From Octopus vulgaris (Eukaryota), in NCBI GenBank assembly GCA_951406725.2, contig OX597835.1, positions 2,356,001 to 2,420,000 on the forward strand: a DNA stretch of 64,000 bases, in the 5' to 3' direction. A program made the translations under genes and the position numbers. Of the stretch, positions 12,761-25,185 are shown in pieces. The notes under the pieces were generated by a model. It was not told where the DNA came from and searched no databases. It worked only from the letters and a program-made list of their open reading frames with translations. Each line of letters starts with the position of its first letter. Position 1 is the stretch's first letter.

Positions 12761-14353
12761 CTAAGGATATGAAACAAATGAGAAATCAATCCATAATAAT
12801 TAATAAGAGAAAAATACTTTCAACAGCAACCAGGTTTCATTACCCAACAAAGGAATTAAAGTTAATGAATTACTGGATGCACAATAATAGGTTTCTTTTG
12901 GACTTAATGAGGGGGTACATGTCCAGCATCCTTGGCGCTTCGACCAGCACCCTACCCAGTTTCATCGGGACAGAGATTGCCATTTTCCAGAATAAGCTTA
13001 GTAGGTTAGAATGGCTCTTTCAGTACCCATTCTGTCTGCTGGGACTACAAAATATTTGCCTGACGCAAAATAATATATTTCTCAGTAATTAAAAAATATT
13101 TATGGTGCCATGCTGGAGCTACATAGGAGTACCCAGTCCACACTTTGTAAAGTAGTTAGCATTAGGAAGGGCATCAAGCCATAGAAACCATGCCAAAACA
13201 GACATAGAGCCTGGGTGGCCCCTCTCAAACCATCTAACCCATGCCAGAATGAAAAACAGACGTTAAATGATGATGATGATGATGATTAAACATAATCATA
13301 ATCATTGTTATCATCATCATCATCATGGTAATTATACTGTCTCTTGGTTTGTTACTGTTATTGTTATTGTTTAATCCAAAGCCAGACATGATCAAACAAA
13401 ACTATGTTCAAAAGCATTCAAGACATAACTGCAACATCATTTTTTTGTTGACTTCAGGGATTGTGTATGCTGGACTACATTATCCAAGCCGACCTAGGTA
13501 GAGTATAGGTTTGAGGGATATTTGGCTGTCATGTCCAGAACCATATAAAGGTGATTATGTCTTGCACATCAAGAGACCACAATCATACACGTATGACAGA
13601 GTGTACATTCCTGTGGCATGAGAGCCAAAACTTTCAAATTGATTTGAATAATTCAGTTTGGAACTTTCATCACGCACTCTCAATGATGCTACTCTAACTG
13701 CAACTTATCATGCTGGTTCACAATTCCTTTATCAACAGAGCCCTACACTATATACACACACACACATTATATATGTATGTATATCATCATCATCGTTTAG
13801 CGTCCGCTTTCCATGCTAGCATAGGTTGGACGGTTCAACTGGGGTCTGGGAAGCCAGAAGGCCACACCAGGCCCAGTCTGATCTGGTAATGTTTCTACGG
13901 CTGGATGCCCTTCCTAACGCCAACCACTCCGTGAGTGTAGTGGGTGCTTTTTACGTGCCACCCGCACAGGTGCCAGACGAGGCTGGCAAACGGCCACAAT
14001 CGGATGATGCTTTTTATGTGCCACCAGCACAGGCGCCAGACGAGGCTGGCAAACGGCCACAATCGGATGGTGCTTTTTACGTGCCACCGGCATGGGGGCC
14101 AGGCGAGGCTGGCAACGGCCACGATCAGATGGTGCTTTTTTATATAATATTAATAGTTAGGAAATATAAAAATTCCAAGCCAACAGGGAAAAAAATTCAA
14201 TTTAGTACACTAAATCAAGAATTCACAATATATTATATATATAGAATTTAGAGACAAACCGATATTTATATATACATATACACACACACATTATATTAAA
14301 ATGCAATATAAGATACAAGAAATATAAAGCAAATAACAGAAGGCAAAGGTTAC

Positions 14354-14541
14354 CTTGTATTCTGTAGCTTTTAACTCAATGAAAAGCACTCTGCTATCAC
14401 TCATTACCAGAGCTAGTAACCTTTCTGATACAGCACATAGAGAGACTCCAAATACTTTACTATGTCGAGTTATTCGTAACGGATCTGATTGGCATCGTAG
14501 GTCATAGGAAATATCCAAAGCTGGATTCAACAAGCCATCAT
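14354..14541 (-). CDS. WDR11: WDR11 exon 10 (DDGLLNPALDISYDLRCQSDPLRIT...IELKATEYK)
   Basis: tttgtag| and AAG|GTAACC, 188 nt, phase 1 to 0. Confidence 0.93.
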
Positions 14542-14780
14542 CTACAAAGGAAAGAAAACCATTGAGTGTTGGTGTCGTGGAAAAAATGTACTCAAGAACA
14601 TTCTGTAAAATCAGTTGGTATGAGGAAGAATATCTAACCAAAGAGACCAAGCATGGGCACCGGTCTATAAGAGTAGCAGCTCCCAATAGGAACTGGTTTG
14701 AACTGTGAGGAAGCATCCAAGCCATGCTTGCATGGAAACCAGACATAAAATAATGATGATGATTATGATGTGTGTGTGTG

Positions 14781-14995
14781 TTAGTTAAGTTAAGTTAATT
14801 TTTTGGCTCAAAAAGCAAAAAGCAGGGACATGGAGTTATGTACAGGGTGGTGTTCATGCAAAGAGTTCAGGCCATTTGTGGTCAAGGGAGACTTTGAACC
14901 GAGTGGTCGTCGGCATCTTCACTATCTCGTCCGGCAGCTTATTCCACGGATCTGCAACCTGGACGGAGAAAGCCTGTGCGTGCGTGTGATCCTTT
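14781..14995 (-). mobile_element. CR1-type LINE 3' end
   Basis: AFSVQVADPWNKLPDEIV.MPTTTRFK..LD..W followed by a (TAACT)n tail. Confidence 0.8.
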
Positions 14996-15249
14996 GATAT
15001 CCGTTTTCCATGTTGGTATGGGTTGGTTGGTTTGAGCATAGCTGGCAAGCTGGAGAGCTGCACCAAGTTCCAATCTAATTTGGCTTGGTGTTTCTACAGC
15101 TAAATGTCCTTCCTAATGCCGACCACTTTACAGGGTGTGTTGGGTGATTTTAATGTGGCACCTGCACGAGCACTTTTACGTGGCACCAGCATGAATACTT
15201 TCTCCATGGTTCCAGTACAGAACTCATGCAGCCCTCTTCACCATGGGAT

Positions 15250-15950
15250 GCAACCTTAACAACACTTCTGCTGCTGCCGAGCACAGGTCTTCTTGAAGGC
15301 AGCAAGGTGTCAGATATCTTAGTTCTTTGTCATCTCATCTGAAAGATTCAAAGTTCTGAGGTTGCACTTCAGTACTTTGTCCTATGTTTCCTTGGGTCTC
15401 CATCTTCCACAAGTTCCTCTCACTCTAAGCGATTGGCACTTCTTTATGGGGCTGTCAGCATCCATCTGCATCACATGACCAAACCAGTGAAGTCTTCTTT
15501 CTTGCACACTGCATCTAATTCCTCTTATGCCTAATTTCTCTCTCAATACACTAACACTCTGTCACACATGTAGGGCAAACTAGCTTCATTCCTTTCTGGC
15601 CTTTGCCTGTCCTCAGCATTCAGGGCCCATGTCTCACTACCATGTAGAATGGCTGTTCACACACATGCATCATACAATCTTCCTGAGAGAGAGAGAGAGA
15701 AAGAGAGAGAGAGATAGAGAAAGAGAGAGATTTTTGGTTGCCAACAGAAGTAAAAACGTTTTCGAATTTTCTCTGTCCGATTCTTATTCTAGCAATTACA
15801 CTTTCCATACATCCTCCCCCCAACAACTAATTTGGTCCCTAAGGTAGCAAAAATTATCCACTTCCTTTGAAGAGCCTCCAGGGCATTTGAGAAAATTGAT
15901 TTCCCAACTATTTCTACTTTTTATCGCTCATGTTTTTAAAGCTCTCTTCC
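15250..15950 (-). mobile_element. RTE LINE 3' fragment, degenerate (similar fragments at ~34800-35230 on - and ~53100-53830 on +)
   Basis: GGGC.ESV.ARIRI, ETW...AED, RRLHWFGHV, RGRWR...W.KV motifs. Confidence 0.7.
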
Positions 15951-15969
15951 ACATGTTTATAAATTGTAT

Positions 15970-16197
15970 TTAACCCTTTCCTTACTGTATTTATTTTGAG
16001 ATGTTCTTTGTTTCTTTCAATTACTTTAAATATAACAAAGAATTTAGTAAGATAACTTAGTTATCATTAAGCTAGTGTTAGGAACATAAATTATGACTAA
16101 GGTTTGGTGGAAGATTTTAATTCAGAACTTATGAAAACAAGACATTTGTACTCAGGGCCAAAGCCGGTTTCAGCCGGGTTGGTAACGAAAGGGTTAA
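15970..16197. mobile_element. piggyBac-type MITE (TTAA-CCCTT...AAGGG-TTAA); same family at 29480-29709 and 49650-49878
   Basis: TTAA target duplication, CCCTTT TIRs, three similar ~230-bp copies in the window. Confidence 0.85.
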
Positions 16198-16399
16198 TGC
16201 TGCAACTTTCAGTAGATAAAGCTTAAGTACAGTGAATTAAGGAACCAATGACTTGCTTGTTAATGTCCAAAATGACTATCAGGATGCAATTCTTTTAGTC
16301 TCCAAAACACAATCTTAGATCAACTTACTAAACAAGGGTAACTCAAAAGTAATTTTTTCTATATTAATTAAAATGATAAATGATGAAATAGTTTCTTAC

Positions 16400-16523
16400 C
16401 AAATGCGCCAGTTCCCTCCGATGCTGGAGTACTGATTATGTTTGTTTTGCGGCGCACACGTACGGTGATGCTTCCATTCTCATGAAGACACATCAGTACA
16501 TCCCTCTGTCGACAGGACAACAC
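16400..16523 (-). CDS. WDR11: WDR11 exon 9 (VLSCRQRDVLMCLHENGSITVRVRRK...GAF)
   Basis: ttttggtag| and G|GTAAGA, 124 nt, phase 0 to 1. Confidence 0.95.
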
Positions 16524-16740
16524 CTACCAAAACAGAAAATAAGCCAAAAATATAAAGCTATTAAAGTATTCTTCAGTTTGCTTGACTCAACATTTTTCTT
16601 AAGTCCAATACAACATGGCCATACTACAGCCTCACAAACCAACAGGGGAACATCTACATACTTGCTCAACAAGCAGCTATCAAATCTCTCTCAAATCACA
16701 TGACAACATATGTTTTAACATACTAAAAAAGTGAAGGGCA

Positions 16741-16792
<52 letters not shown>

Positions 16793-16824
16793 CTTTATTT
16801 AAAAGCAGCAGAAATATAACAAAA

Positions 16825-16864
16825 GCTGTTACTCAGAGTTTCACATTCCTGTTCATCGGACACC
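16825..16864 (-). ncRNA. Minimal hammerhead-like motif with a variant CCGAUGA core, WDR11 intron 8
   Basis: GGUGU-CCGAUGA-ACA-GGAA-UGU-GAAA-CUC-U-GAG-UA-ACAGC; lies next to (AT)n; same family as 53971-54121. Confidence 0.5.
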
Positions 16865-17225
16865 AAAGAGATGGTGTTGTGGTTTTCCACTTCGGCATGT
16901 GAAACTCAGAGTTTTAGCTTGACTATTGTATAATGGTAACATATTAATTTACAGATATATATATATATATATTTACTTCTTATTGCAATAATTTAAGAAC
17001 CTTTTTTTTTCAATCTTAACTAAATTTGACTATGTTAGGGGGACTAAATAGGTAAACTGATTTCATTGACCCCACAAGGATGAAAGACAATGTTGACCTT
17101 GGTGACATTTGAACCTAGAATATAAAGAGCTGGATGAAATTTCTCTAAGCAGTTTGTCCAGTGCAATAACAATGCTGCCAACACACTGCCCTCAATGGAC
17201 TGATCATAAAATCTATGACATTTAC

Positions 17226-17406
17226 CTGCATAAAAGGTGAACCAGTTCTCTCCATGGGTATAATACCAACAGTTTGGTTGATTTTCAGATCCAGTATGAG
17301 AACTTCTCGAGGATAAACGAGTATCAAGTGATGCCGACAGCAATTATGGTAAGCTAATTGCAGACATTCATTCAAAGTGAAAGGTTCTTCATCATTTAAG
17401 TTTGAC
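17226..17406 (-). CDS. WDR11: WDR11 exon 8 (SNLNDEEPFTLNECLQLAY...YPREVLILDL...ERTGSPFMQ)
   Basis: tttctag| and CAG|GTAAAT, 181 nt, phase 2 to 0. Confidence 0.95.
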
Positions 17407-17663
17407 CTAGAAATTAGAAATAAAAGACAAAATTGTTAAACAAAGTAGAAAGATTTTTTCTTTTTTTGGTTTTTTTACTGGTTTCAGTCCCTGGATACTG
17501 GCCATGCTGGGGTATTCTCTTCAGTAGATCTTAATCCATTGTATTAACCCCAGGGCCTTGTCTCATACTGAATTTAGTTTTTCACAACAAAGGACAAAAG
17601 CTGCATAGCATCAACAACAACAAATCCTTAAATGAAATAAACTTAAGCTTTAAAATAACTCAC

Positions 17664-17763
17664 TTTAATTTGCTCTCACCAACAAGGACTCTAGAGACCC
17701 TTTTCGCAAGATTTCGGGATGACTTTTTATCCAAAGATTCAGAATTTGAGGATCGATTTGAAC
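17664..17763 (-). CDS. WDR11: WDR11 exon 7 (GSNRSSNSESLDKKSSRNLAKRVSRVLVGESKLK)
   Basis: tttccag| and |GTGAGT, 100 nt, phase 1 to 2; needed to keep the frame between exons 6 and 8. Confidence 0.9.
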
Positions 17764-18321
17764 CTGGAAATGTAACAGTGAAACATTTATTGTTTTTTTT
17801 TTTTTTTTCAGCTAAGTACTCCTGGGTAGGGTTTTAAAAGCTCAATGATTGTGTATTGCAAAAGTATAAAAGCAGAATTGCAGATGAAGTCCCTTGGCAA
17901 AGGACTGAAACGTTTGGTGATTTGCTGTGCCTGAGAAAATACATCAAGCCAAGTAAAATCATAGTCGTAGCCAGGGCTGGTGACACATAAAAGGCCCAAA
18001 ACGATAAATAAAAGTTCCACTCCTGGTGCCATGTAAAAACGCCTGTGCCAGTTCCTTGTAAAAGCGCCCGTGCTGGTGTCACATAAAGGCACCTGTGCCG
18101 GTGCCATGTAAAAGCAGGTGTCATGTAGAATACACTCTGTAAAATGGTTGGTGTTAGGAAGGGCATCCAGCCATAGAAACCCTGCCAAAACAGATAATTG
18201 GAGCCTGAGCAGCCCTTAAGCTGGCCAGCTTCTGTCAAACTGTCCAACCCATGCCAGCATGGAGAACAGACATTAAAAGATGATGATGAAAAAAAAAAAC
18301 CGTTTTGTAAATGATGCTTAC

Positions 18322-18423
18322 CTTGCGCCGAAGGACTAGAAATGTAAAACTTCTTCCCATTACTAGATGGGAGTTTATTCACAGAGAAGTCATCCACAAA
18401 TATGATACAATCCTGACCCAGAA
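18322..18423 (-). CDS. WDR11: WDR11 exon 6 (FLGQDCIIFVDDFSVNKLPSSNGKKFYISSPSAQ)
   Basis: ttttcag| and G|GTAAGC, 102 nt, phase 1 to 1. Confidence 0.93.
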
Positions 18424-19064
18424 CTGAAAATATGAAAAAAAGTATTTCAAAATTAAATGAAAGTGGCAGTAGGGGTTTTATAAAAGGGGGAAATAAAGGC
18501 AAAATATTCACCACAGAAAGAGAAAATGGAATAAACAACAGAAAGAGACATGTGGGATAGAAAGTTGCTGAAGAGGTCACAGGATGTTTGTTGAAAGGGA
18601 CTAAACTACTAAAACTGAAGTGAAGACCAAATACTTGGCACAGGTGTCTAATCTCTTCTATAAAATCCGTTCTGTCTGTCTGTGTGTCTTCTCGGATCTC
18701 GGGCATCCTCCATCTGATTGCACTCAAATTTGATATGTAGATTCTGACGGTATCAGGGTGTGTATAAGTCTTGAAAAAATTACCAAAATCGATTCCAGGT
18801 GAGAATGCGATCGATAAAGCCGTTTTTGCAGAAGAAGAAGAAGAATTTCTCTTTTTTATGACAACAGTTTGTTCAACACACTTGGTTCATTGGTGCAAAG
18901 GATTCTGGGACATGCTGTGTCACGCCAAGCAGAAGCCCCGAAACCTTTCGGCCTCAACCAACTGCACTTATAACGTTAGCAGTTATAAGCTTTAATATTA
19001 ACAACACTTGGCACAAATAACAGAATGAGGGAGAACAATAGTAGCAACAACAAGCGTAACTTAC

Positions 19065-19238
19065 AAGCAATGTTCTTCGTTTCAAATGGGTCAAAGACAA
19101 ACGAGACGAGCGATTCTGTGTACGATTTCTTCCAGATTTTATTTCCAGTCTCTGCATTCCACAACACCAAAGAATAAGGAGGGTGTAGAGCCACTAAGTA
19201 GCTGTGGTTTGTGTCCTGACATGACAGCCACTCCATAT
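19065..19238 (-). CDS. WDR11: WDR11 exon 5 (DMEWLSCQD...HPPYSLVLWNAETG...FDPFETKNIA)
   Basis: ttgtag| and |GTAAGT, 174 nt, phase 1 to 1. Confidence 0.95.
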
Positions 19239-20498
19239 CTACAAGGATTAAATTCATCTATCAAAATAATATTCAAATCACAGACACTGAATAGCTTCAA
19301 CAAATCTACAACATTCTTTCCATCTTCTTTAATCATGAATTAAAACAATTAAAAACAATTAAATGCTAAACCTTAAATAAGGTTTATTAAAATGGTATAA
19401 TTTACATTTCAAACTGCCTGATATAGAAGTGTATATTACTTAATATAGTATCTGTATTCTTGAAGAATTTTTCAAAGCTAAGAAACTGATATGAGTTACA
19501 GCTGGTCAAATCAATAGCCAAAGGACCGTCTACGTACAGGCTTCAATATTTGCATCTAAACATTTTCAAGTCCATCTGAGTTCTTGTGCTTTATCAACAG
19601 AAGCAACCTAAGATACCTGATGTATTGTGACCCCCTTTGGTCACGAATGACCATGGGATTGCACCTAGAAAGTTACCCACCCAGGCACAAGTCCGGGCAA
19701 GTTTGTTTATGGAAGACCAGCAGTCGCCTATGCTTATCAGCCTCGCCTCTCCACCCCACCGATGTTATCCATGGGAAAGGCAAAGGGGCCGATACAGCTT
19801 GGCACCAGTAATGTCACAACTCATTTCTACAGCTGAATGAACTGGAGCAACGTGAAATAAAGTGTCTTGCTCAAGAACACAACACGCAGCCTGGTCCGGG
19901 AATCGAACTCACAACCTCATGATCGTAAGCTCGACGCTCTAACCACTGAGCCATGCGCCTTCACATATTTAGGCCGGATATGGCCAGTTTAAATGCTAAA
20001 GGATAAAAGTTTCATTCTAATGAGTTAAACCTTAAACAGGACAGTCAATCTGCTTTGGATATCAAATTATCCAAAACTACTTCTGACTACAAAAGAACAG
20101 CCACAACAAAGACAGAGGAACCTGTGTGACATGGAACAAGGTTCTAGAACATCTTTAGTTTGACTTGCAAATGTCTGTGCCAACTGCATCAGTGTCTCTC
20201 TCTCTCTCTCTCTCACACACAAATAGGAAATGAATCACTAACAAGATTAATTTTCCTTAAAAAATGTAAGTTTGTTTCTATGAAAAGCCATCCCTGAAAA
20301 CGTGTTGCAGAGATGAGCAGCTGGCCCAGCAACAATGATTTTTTTTGTCAAAAATGGCCAATAATATCCAAATGAATTTTTTAAAGTCTTAGAACAAGAA
20401 CGTATACATGAGAAACAATGACAATAAAATGAGAATTCTACAGACTTAAAAGCATTTTGTTCTTTTAAAGAGAATCAAATCAAACAAAATTGTCACAC

Positions 20499-20652
20499 CT
20501 TGGATTGTTTTGTTCCCATCTGAAAACTCTGATTTAACTTCACCAGTGACAACATCCCACAGCATGATTGTACCAGACGCATCAGCCGAAGCGAGTTGCA
20601 GTGTGTAGGGGCTGGCAGTGTCATGGTGATAATTCTGTCGGGCCCATTTAAC
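20499..20652 (-). CDS. WDR11: WDR11 exon 4 (VKWARQNYHHDTASPYTLQLASADASG...KTIQ)
   Basis: cctttag| and G|GTGTGA, 154 nt, phase 0 to 1. Confidence 0.95.
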
Positions 20653-21497
20653 CTAAAGGAAAATATTTACTTTAGTTTTTTTCGCAAACAATAAAAGTAG
20701 ACAAGCACATGGAGTTGAAAAAGGCTGCAGAACATGTGGCAGCCAGTAAATTAATCTTAATACATTTAATACTCAGAAGGCTGCAAATCTAACTAAAAAT
20801 TATGTGGCTGGAAAAATTTCCATATTAACCAATGGCTATTACTATATTCGGAGGTGCAATGGCCCAGTGGTTAGGGTAGTAGACTCACGGTCGGAGAATC
20901 GCGGTTTCGATTCCCAGACCGGGTGTTTTTTTATTACTATATTCACTTTTCAAGTAAGTACAGAAGAACCTCAGACATATTTTGGTCTTATTCTGGCAGT
21001 ATTGACAAAAAACGACCTTTCCTTATGACTGGAGTGATGAAAGAATCCCTAGGTACATGTTTGTATACATGTTGGCACATGCACAGTGACCGATGCATTC
21101 AAGATATGCATTTGTGTTAGTGAAGAGAACGTGATGAGTGTTTGGTTGCAGCAAAGTCAGTCTATCAACGAACACAGATATTTCCACAAAACAATTCACG
21201 ATACTTTGTTGTTATCAAAGTACGTCATCCGTTCACACCTGATATCCATATCAAAATAATCATCTATCATACATACAATAAAGTGTGACATGAGGGAACT
21301 TTGACTGTAATTTCTAGCAACTTGCACAACTACATATGCACTCGCTTGCTTGTATAATTGTTGTTGCTTAATTTCACAGCAGACACACCTATGAATAGAA
21401 GCACTATAGACATGACTAATTAAATGAAAGGGTTTCATTTAGTGAAGTTGTTTAAAGTACACGCCATGACAAGCAGAACAATATCACGGATCCTTAC

Positions 21498-21539
21498 CTT
21501 GACCACATTACTCTTGTGTTTTTCTAAGACTTGAAAAAC
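21498..21539 (-). CDS. WDR11: WDR11 exon 3 (VFQVLEKHKSNVVK)
   Basis: ttttcag| and |GTAAGG, 42 nt, phase 0 to 0; matches the QVLEKHK.DVVK motif. Confidence 0.95.
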
Positions 21540-22095
21540 CTGAAAACAAGAAAAAAAAAATATTAATTGAATCAACTAAAACAAAGGTTTAACATTTCCC
21601 ACAACTTGTAACAGTTTGCTGAGGAGAGACGAATGGCAGAAAGGATTGAGGGGAAGAAAAAATGGGGAGAGAAGAAAATGTGTAGGGATCAACAGTTCAA
21701 CATGAAATGGTCAGAAGAAAGAGGCTGGGTGAAAGGGGGTCCTTTTTTTAAAATATATATATATATATATATAGGAAGAGTTTACGAAAATATATATATA
21801 TATAAGGATGCCCTTCCTAACGGCAACCACTCCGTGAGTGTAGTGGGTGGCGTTATGAAGCTGGATGCCCTTCCTAACGCCACCCACTACACTCACGGAG
21901 TGGTTGGCGTTAGGAAGGGCATCCAGCTGTAGAAACACTGCCAGATCAGACTGGGCCTGGTGCAGCCTTCTGGCTTCCCAGATCCCCGATCGAACCGTCC
22001 AACCCATGCTAGCATGGAAAGCGGACGCTAAACAATGATGATGATGATGACGATGATGATATATATATATAGCAGTAAAGAATTAAATCACTTAC

Positions 22096-22165
22096 TTGCA
22101 CAGTGCGGGGATCAATAATGGTTATAAAACTGTGGCAGGCATGTGCCAAGAAACCTTGCCAACCC
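22096..22165 (-). CDS. WDR11: WDR11 exon 2 (GWQGFLAHACHSFITIIDPRTVQ)
   Basis: ttttgctttcag| acceptor, |GTAAGT donor, 70 nt, phase 2 to 0. Confidence 0.95.
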
Positions 22166-22706
22166 CTGAAAGCAAAACAAAGATTAAATTTACTTACAGA
22201 AACACTGCAGAAAACAAAATTACAATCATATAAATGTGAGTGTGAATGTGTATAAGTGTGAATGTATTTGTATATGAGTGAAGAAGGGTAGATACTAATT
22301 AAATTCATATTATAAAGTTGACATTAAGTACCCAAACAGATACCTTCATGGTCTACATTGTCCAGTCACAGTTACATAAGGAGAACCTCTCTATATATAC
22401 TCAGCTTACTAGAAATAATAGTGACATCACCCTCACATCATGCCCTGCTGTCTTAAAACAGAAGAGACCTCCAAAAACATATTGCTAAATAAAATGGAAT
22501 GGCCATGGTTGGCTAGCCAGAGGAGGAGGCTGGTATCAGTAAGTTTTGCAGGCCCATCAGATTGGTGGAATATATGTGGCCGATGTTCAAATGAAATATT
22601 TGCAGATTTATAAATGTCTGCAGTAAAGATATGAGAAGATAGAGAAATGGAAACTTGCTCTAGATGTCTGCAGCATTGTGAATCCAACTAAAAACATTGA
22701 AATAGA

Positions 22707-23040
22707 TGTGAAGGTGCATGGCTTGGTGGTTAGAGTGTTGAGATCACAATCGTGAGGTAGTGAGTTTGATTCCTGGACCAGGGTGTGTGTTGTGTTCTTG
22801 AGCAAGACACTTTATTTCATGCTGCTCCAGTTCACTCAGCTGTAGAAATTAGTTGCGACGTCACTGGTGCCAAGCTGTATCGGCCCCTTTGCCTTTCCCT
22901 TGGATAACACTGGTGGCATGGAGAGGGGAGGTCGGTATGCATGGGCGACGGCTAGTATTCCACAAACAACACTGCCAAGACCTGTGCCTCGGAGGGTAAC
23001 TTTCTAGGTGCAATCCCAAGGTCATTCATGACTAAAGAGG
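22707..23040 (+). mobile_element. tRNA-derived SINE family D (inverted copy at ~19625-19963)
   Basis: Head GTGAAGGYGCATGGCT..GTGGTTAGAG...GTT.GATTCC, body GTGTTCTTGAGCAAGACACTT; two copies. Confidence 0.85.
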
Positions 23041-23449
23041 GGGTGTGTCTTTTTTTTAAATATATATATATATATAAATGGCGGTGCCCCAGCATGGCCA
23101 CAGCTCGTGAGCTGAAACTAGATAAAAATAAAAATATATATATATATATATCAAAATAAGCAACAAGGATATCCAGAGGGTAACCAAAGGCTACCTCTGA
23201 ATATCCTTGTTGCTTATTTTGATTTCAATCACCTTACTTTGAAATTGCATAGATAATACCATACTAAATTCTGGTGCCTCAACTTGAGTACCATATTCAT
23301 CTGAATCTAAATTTTTGCTGAATTCATCTACCACACCCAAAGTATATATATATATATATATATATGTCGGTCCCGGGTTGAGTCGGGGTTAACCACAGTA
23401 AATAAGGTACTCAATACATAGCAGAGTAAATTAATTTATTTTATAGAAG

Positions 23450-23502
23450 GAGCTTCTACAGGACTAGAACTCTTTCATTCAAATGAAATCTTCAGGAAGC
23501 TC
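23450..23502 (-). ncRNA. Type I hammerhead ribozyme-like motif in a Penelope-like repeat, WDR11 intron 1
   Basis: GAGCUUC-CUGAAGA-UUUCAUUUGAAU-GAAA-GAG-UUCUAGUC-CUG-UA-GAAGCUC: canonical core, perfect 7-bp stem I, GUA triplet; one G-G mismatch in stem III. Confidence 0.7.
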
Positions 23503-23512
23503 AATATATATA

Positions 23513-23554
<42 letters not shown>

Positions 23555-24048
23555 TTTTATAATTACGAATATAATTATAATTAGGGTTCAGCAAATATTT
23601 GCTTTACCACATATCGAACTTTAGAAATAGCAGCCAAAGAACCTTAGCTAGTTCTTCTGCTATAACAAGAGACTCCCGGACAAAAACAAAATACTCTTGG
23701 ACAGGATTTGAAAACAGATTGTAAAGAAGCGGAACAAATATAGCAAAGCATTTTCCCAACTCTCTAATTCCGCCAATCCTACAAGAGTGACAGACGAAGG
23801 GATCATTGTAGGGACAAATTACAGAAAAAGAAAAAAAAAGGAGGGGTGCACAGAATAACAACAACAACAGAAATAATAATCCTTTCTACTCTAGGCACAA
23901 GGGAACATTGTGTTCCACTGGTACTTAATTCATCGACCCCGAAAGGATGAAAGGCAAAATCAACCTTGGCGGAATTTGAACTCAGACTGTAGCGACGTGT
24001 TAAGCATTTCGTCCTGCACGCTAACGATTCTGCCAGCTAGCCGCCTTC

Positions 24049-24049
<1 letters not shown>

Positions 24050-24088
<39 letters not shown>

Positions 24089-24131
24089 TAATAATAATAA
24101 TAACAATAATAATAACAATAATAATAATAAC

Positions 24132-24199
<68 letters not shown>

Positions 24200-24221
24200 T
24201 AATAATAATAACAATAATAAA

Positions 24222-24278
<57 letters not shown>
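24050..24278. repeat. (AAT/AAC)n microsatellite
   Basis: Read directly from the sequence. Confidence 0.98.
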
Positions 24279-24279
<1 letters not shown>

Positions 24280-24460
24280 CCACAAGGGCAGCAATTTTGG
24301 AGGAGGGGATAAATCGATTAAAATCGATTCCAATGTTCAAATGGTACTTATTTTATCGACCCCCGATTGGATGAAAGGCAAAGTCGACTTCGGCGGAATT
24401 TGAACTCAGAACATAACGACGGGCGACATAACACCAAGCATTTCGTCCAGTGTGCTTAAT

Positions 24461-24502
<42 letters not shown>

Positions 24503-25185
24503 TAAGACGATCATTTCTAAAACTAGCACAAGGCCATACATTTAAAATGGACACATCTCGATTGAATATGTTGCAATACGTTACAAAACAGTTAGAAATA
24601 GCAGTTAAATCTCACTCAAATAACACCATATTATTTTAAAAGGAGAGAGGGTCGATAAAATAAAGTATGAGTCAAGCACTGGAGTTGATTCCTTTAATGC
24701 ATCCAAGACATGAACAGGAAGAAGTGGAGAACACGTAATATGTTGTCCCAAAATACCCCAAAATTTGGAGGTTTTTGATAATAGGTTTGCAGGATCAGGA
24801 TTGACCTGGGGCTAAACAACAACAGGGATCTTATTTTGGCAATTCCAGAAGGACATAATTACGTCTCTTAACGCATTTGGTTGCTCGACCTGCTAAAAAT
24901 AGCAACCAAATTACACACATTCTACCGTCTTGCAAAAGGAAGAACATGTTGAAATGATATAACCTGGGATGTGTTTATTGTTTGGAAACACGACGAGGTG
25001 GTCACAGCTGGAACGATTTTCATCACAGACCTGATCGATCGGAACGAAACAACAAGTGGAACAAGACACAAATTGGTTTTGTGAATTCTCAAACAAATGC
25101 TTTTTGGGTAGAGAATAGGAGTAGAAAGAGAAAAACCTATTTTTGGGGGGGTTTGAAAGAAGAATAGCAGACGAGCAACACCCAC

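Noticed and set aside
17834-18727. 297-aa ORF
   Set aside because: Chance read-through: only 18322-18423 is a WDR11 exon; the rest is intron and SINE.
20850-20925. tRNA-like sequence
   Set aside because: A/B boxes are present but I could not form a good acceptor stem; it matches the head of the family E SINE.
23910-24374. Poly-Asn, poly-Leu and poly-Tyr ORFs
   Set aside because: Translations of an (AAT)n microsatellite between SINEs.
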